This document shows positions 63,595 to 64,000 of a stretch of 64,000 nt of DNA, piece after piece. Positions within the stretch are counted from its first letter, which is position 1; every line of letters begins with the position of its first letter. The stretch is taken from positions 31,446,464-31,510,463 of the forward strand of contig NC_043011.1 of assembly GCF_006345805.1 (NCBI RefSeq), read 5' to 3'. A program made the translations under genes and the position numbers. The notes under the pieces are model-generated. The model saw only the letters and a list, made by a program, of their open reading frames with translations. It searched no databases and was not told where the DNA came from. Source of the stretch: Octopus sinensis (Eukaryota).

Positions 63595-63985
63595 AAAGGC
63601 GTTGTTGTGATGTAAGAGGTTTGCTTCCCAACCACATGGTTTCCAGTTCGGTCTCAGTGCGTGACACCTTGGGTAAGCTGCTTCTACTATAACCTCGGGC
63701 TGACCAAATCCTTGTGAGTGGATTTGGTAGACGAAAACTGAAAAGCAGCCTGTCGTGTGTATATATATATATATATATATGTGTGTGTGAGTGTGTGTGT
63801 GCTTGCATTTGTGTCTGTCTCCTCACCACCGCTTCCGTAACCTAGCGGTTTGACAAAAGAGACCGATAGAATAAGTACCAGTTTTTTTTCTTTTTTAAAA
63901 GTACTGGGGGTCGATACATCCGACTAAAACTTCTTCAAGGCGGTGTCCCAGCATGGCCGCTGTCATATGACTGAAACAATTAAAT
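63595..63985 (+). mobile_element. old SINE family A copy
   Basis: Diverged, with an internal deletion. Confidence 0.75.
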
Positions 63986-64000
63986 GGTAAAAAAGAAAAA

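Overview
AT-rich eukaryotic DNA saturated with microsatellites and mobile elements. The repeat repertoire (several tRNA-derived SINE families, Penelope-like elements, mariners, RTE/R4/CRE-type LINE relics) is what I associate with an octopus (coleoid cephalopod) genome; that is an inference. No complete host gene is supportable, and most ORF-track entries are microsatellite or repeat artefacts. Real coding signals are transposon-derived: one stop-free DD34D mariner ORF (32150-33169), decayed Tc1/mariner copies, several Penelope-like (PLE) RT/GIY-YIG relics, and C-terminal relics of RTE, R4/Dong and CRE/NeSL-type LINEs. The most striking non-annotated structure is a set of hammerhead-ribozyme (HHR) motifs linked to PLE terminal repeats and fold-back inversions. 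It includes a perfect 130-bp spacer-less palindrome (18589-18718) that encodes a full-core type I hammerhead on both strands. Also notable: head-to-tail SINE multimers inserted as single events, two SINE insertions at the same position of another SINE, an identical 66-bp (CA)n-linked mini-element at two loci, (AAT)n-targeted retroposons, and a candidate E2F/CHR/YY1 promoter near 37.8 kb. Coordinates were counted by hand; ends of decayed elements are approximate. Family labels A, B, C, D, F and G are my working names.
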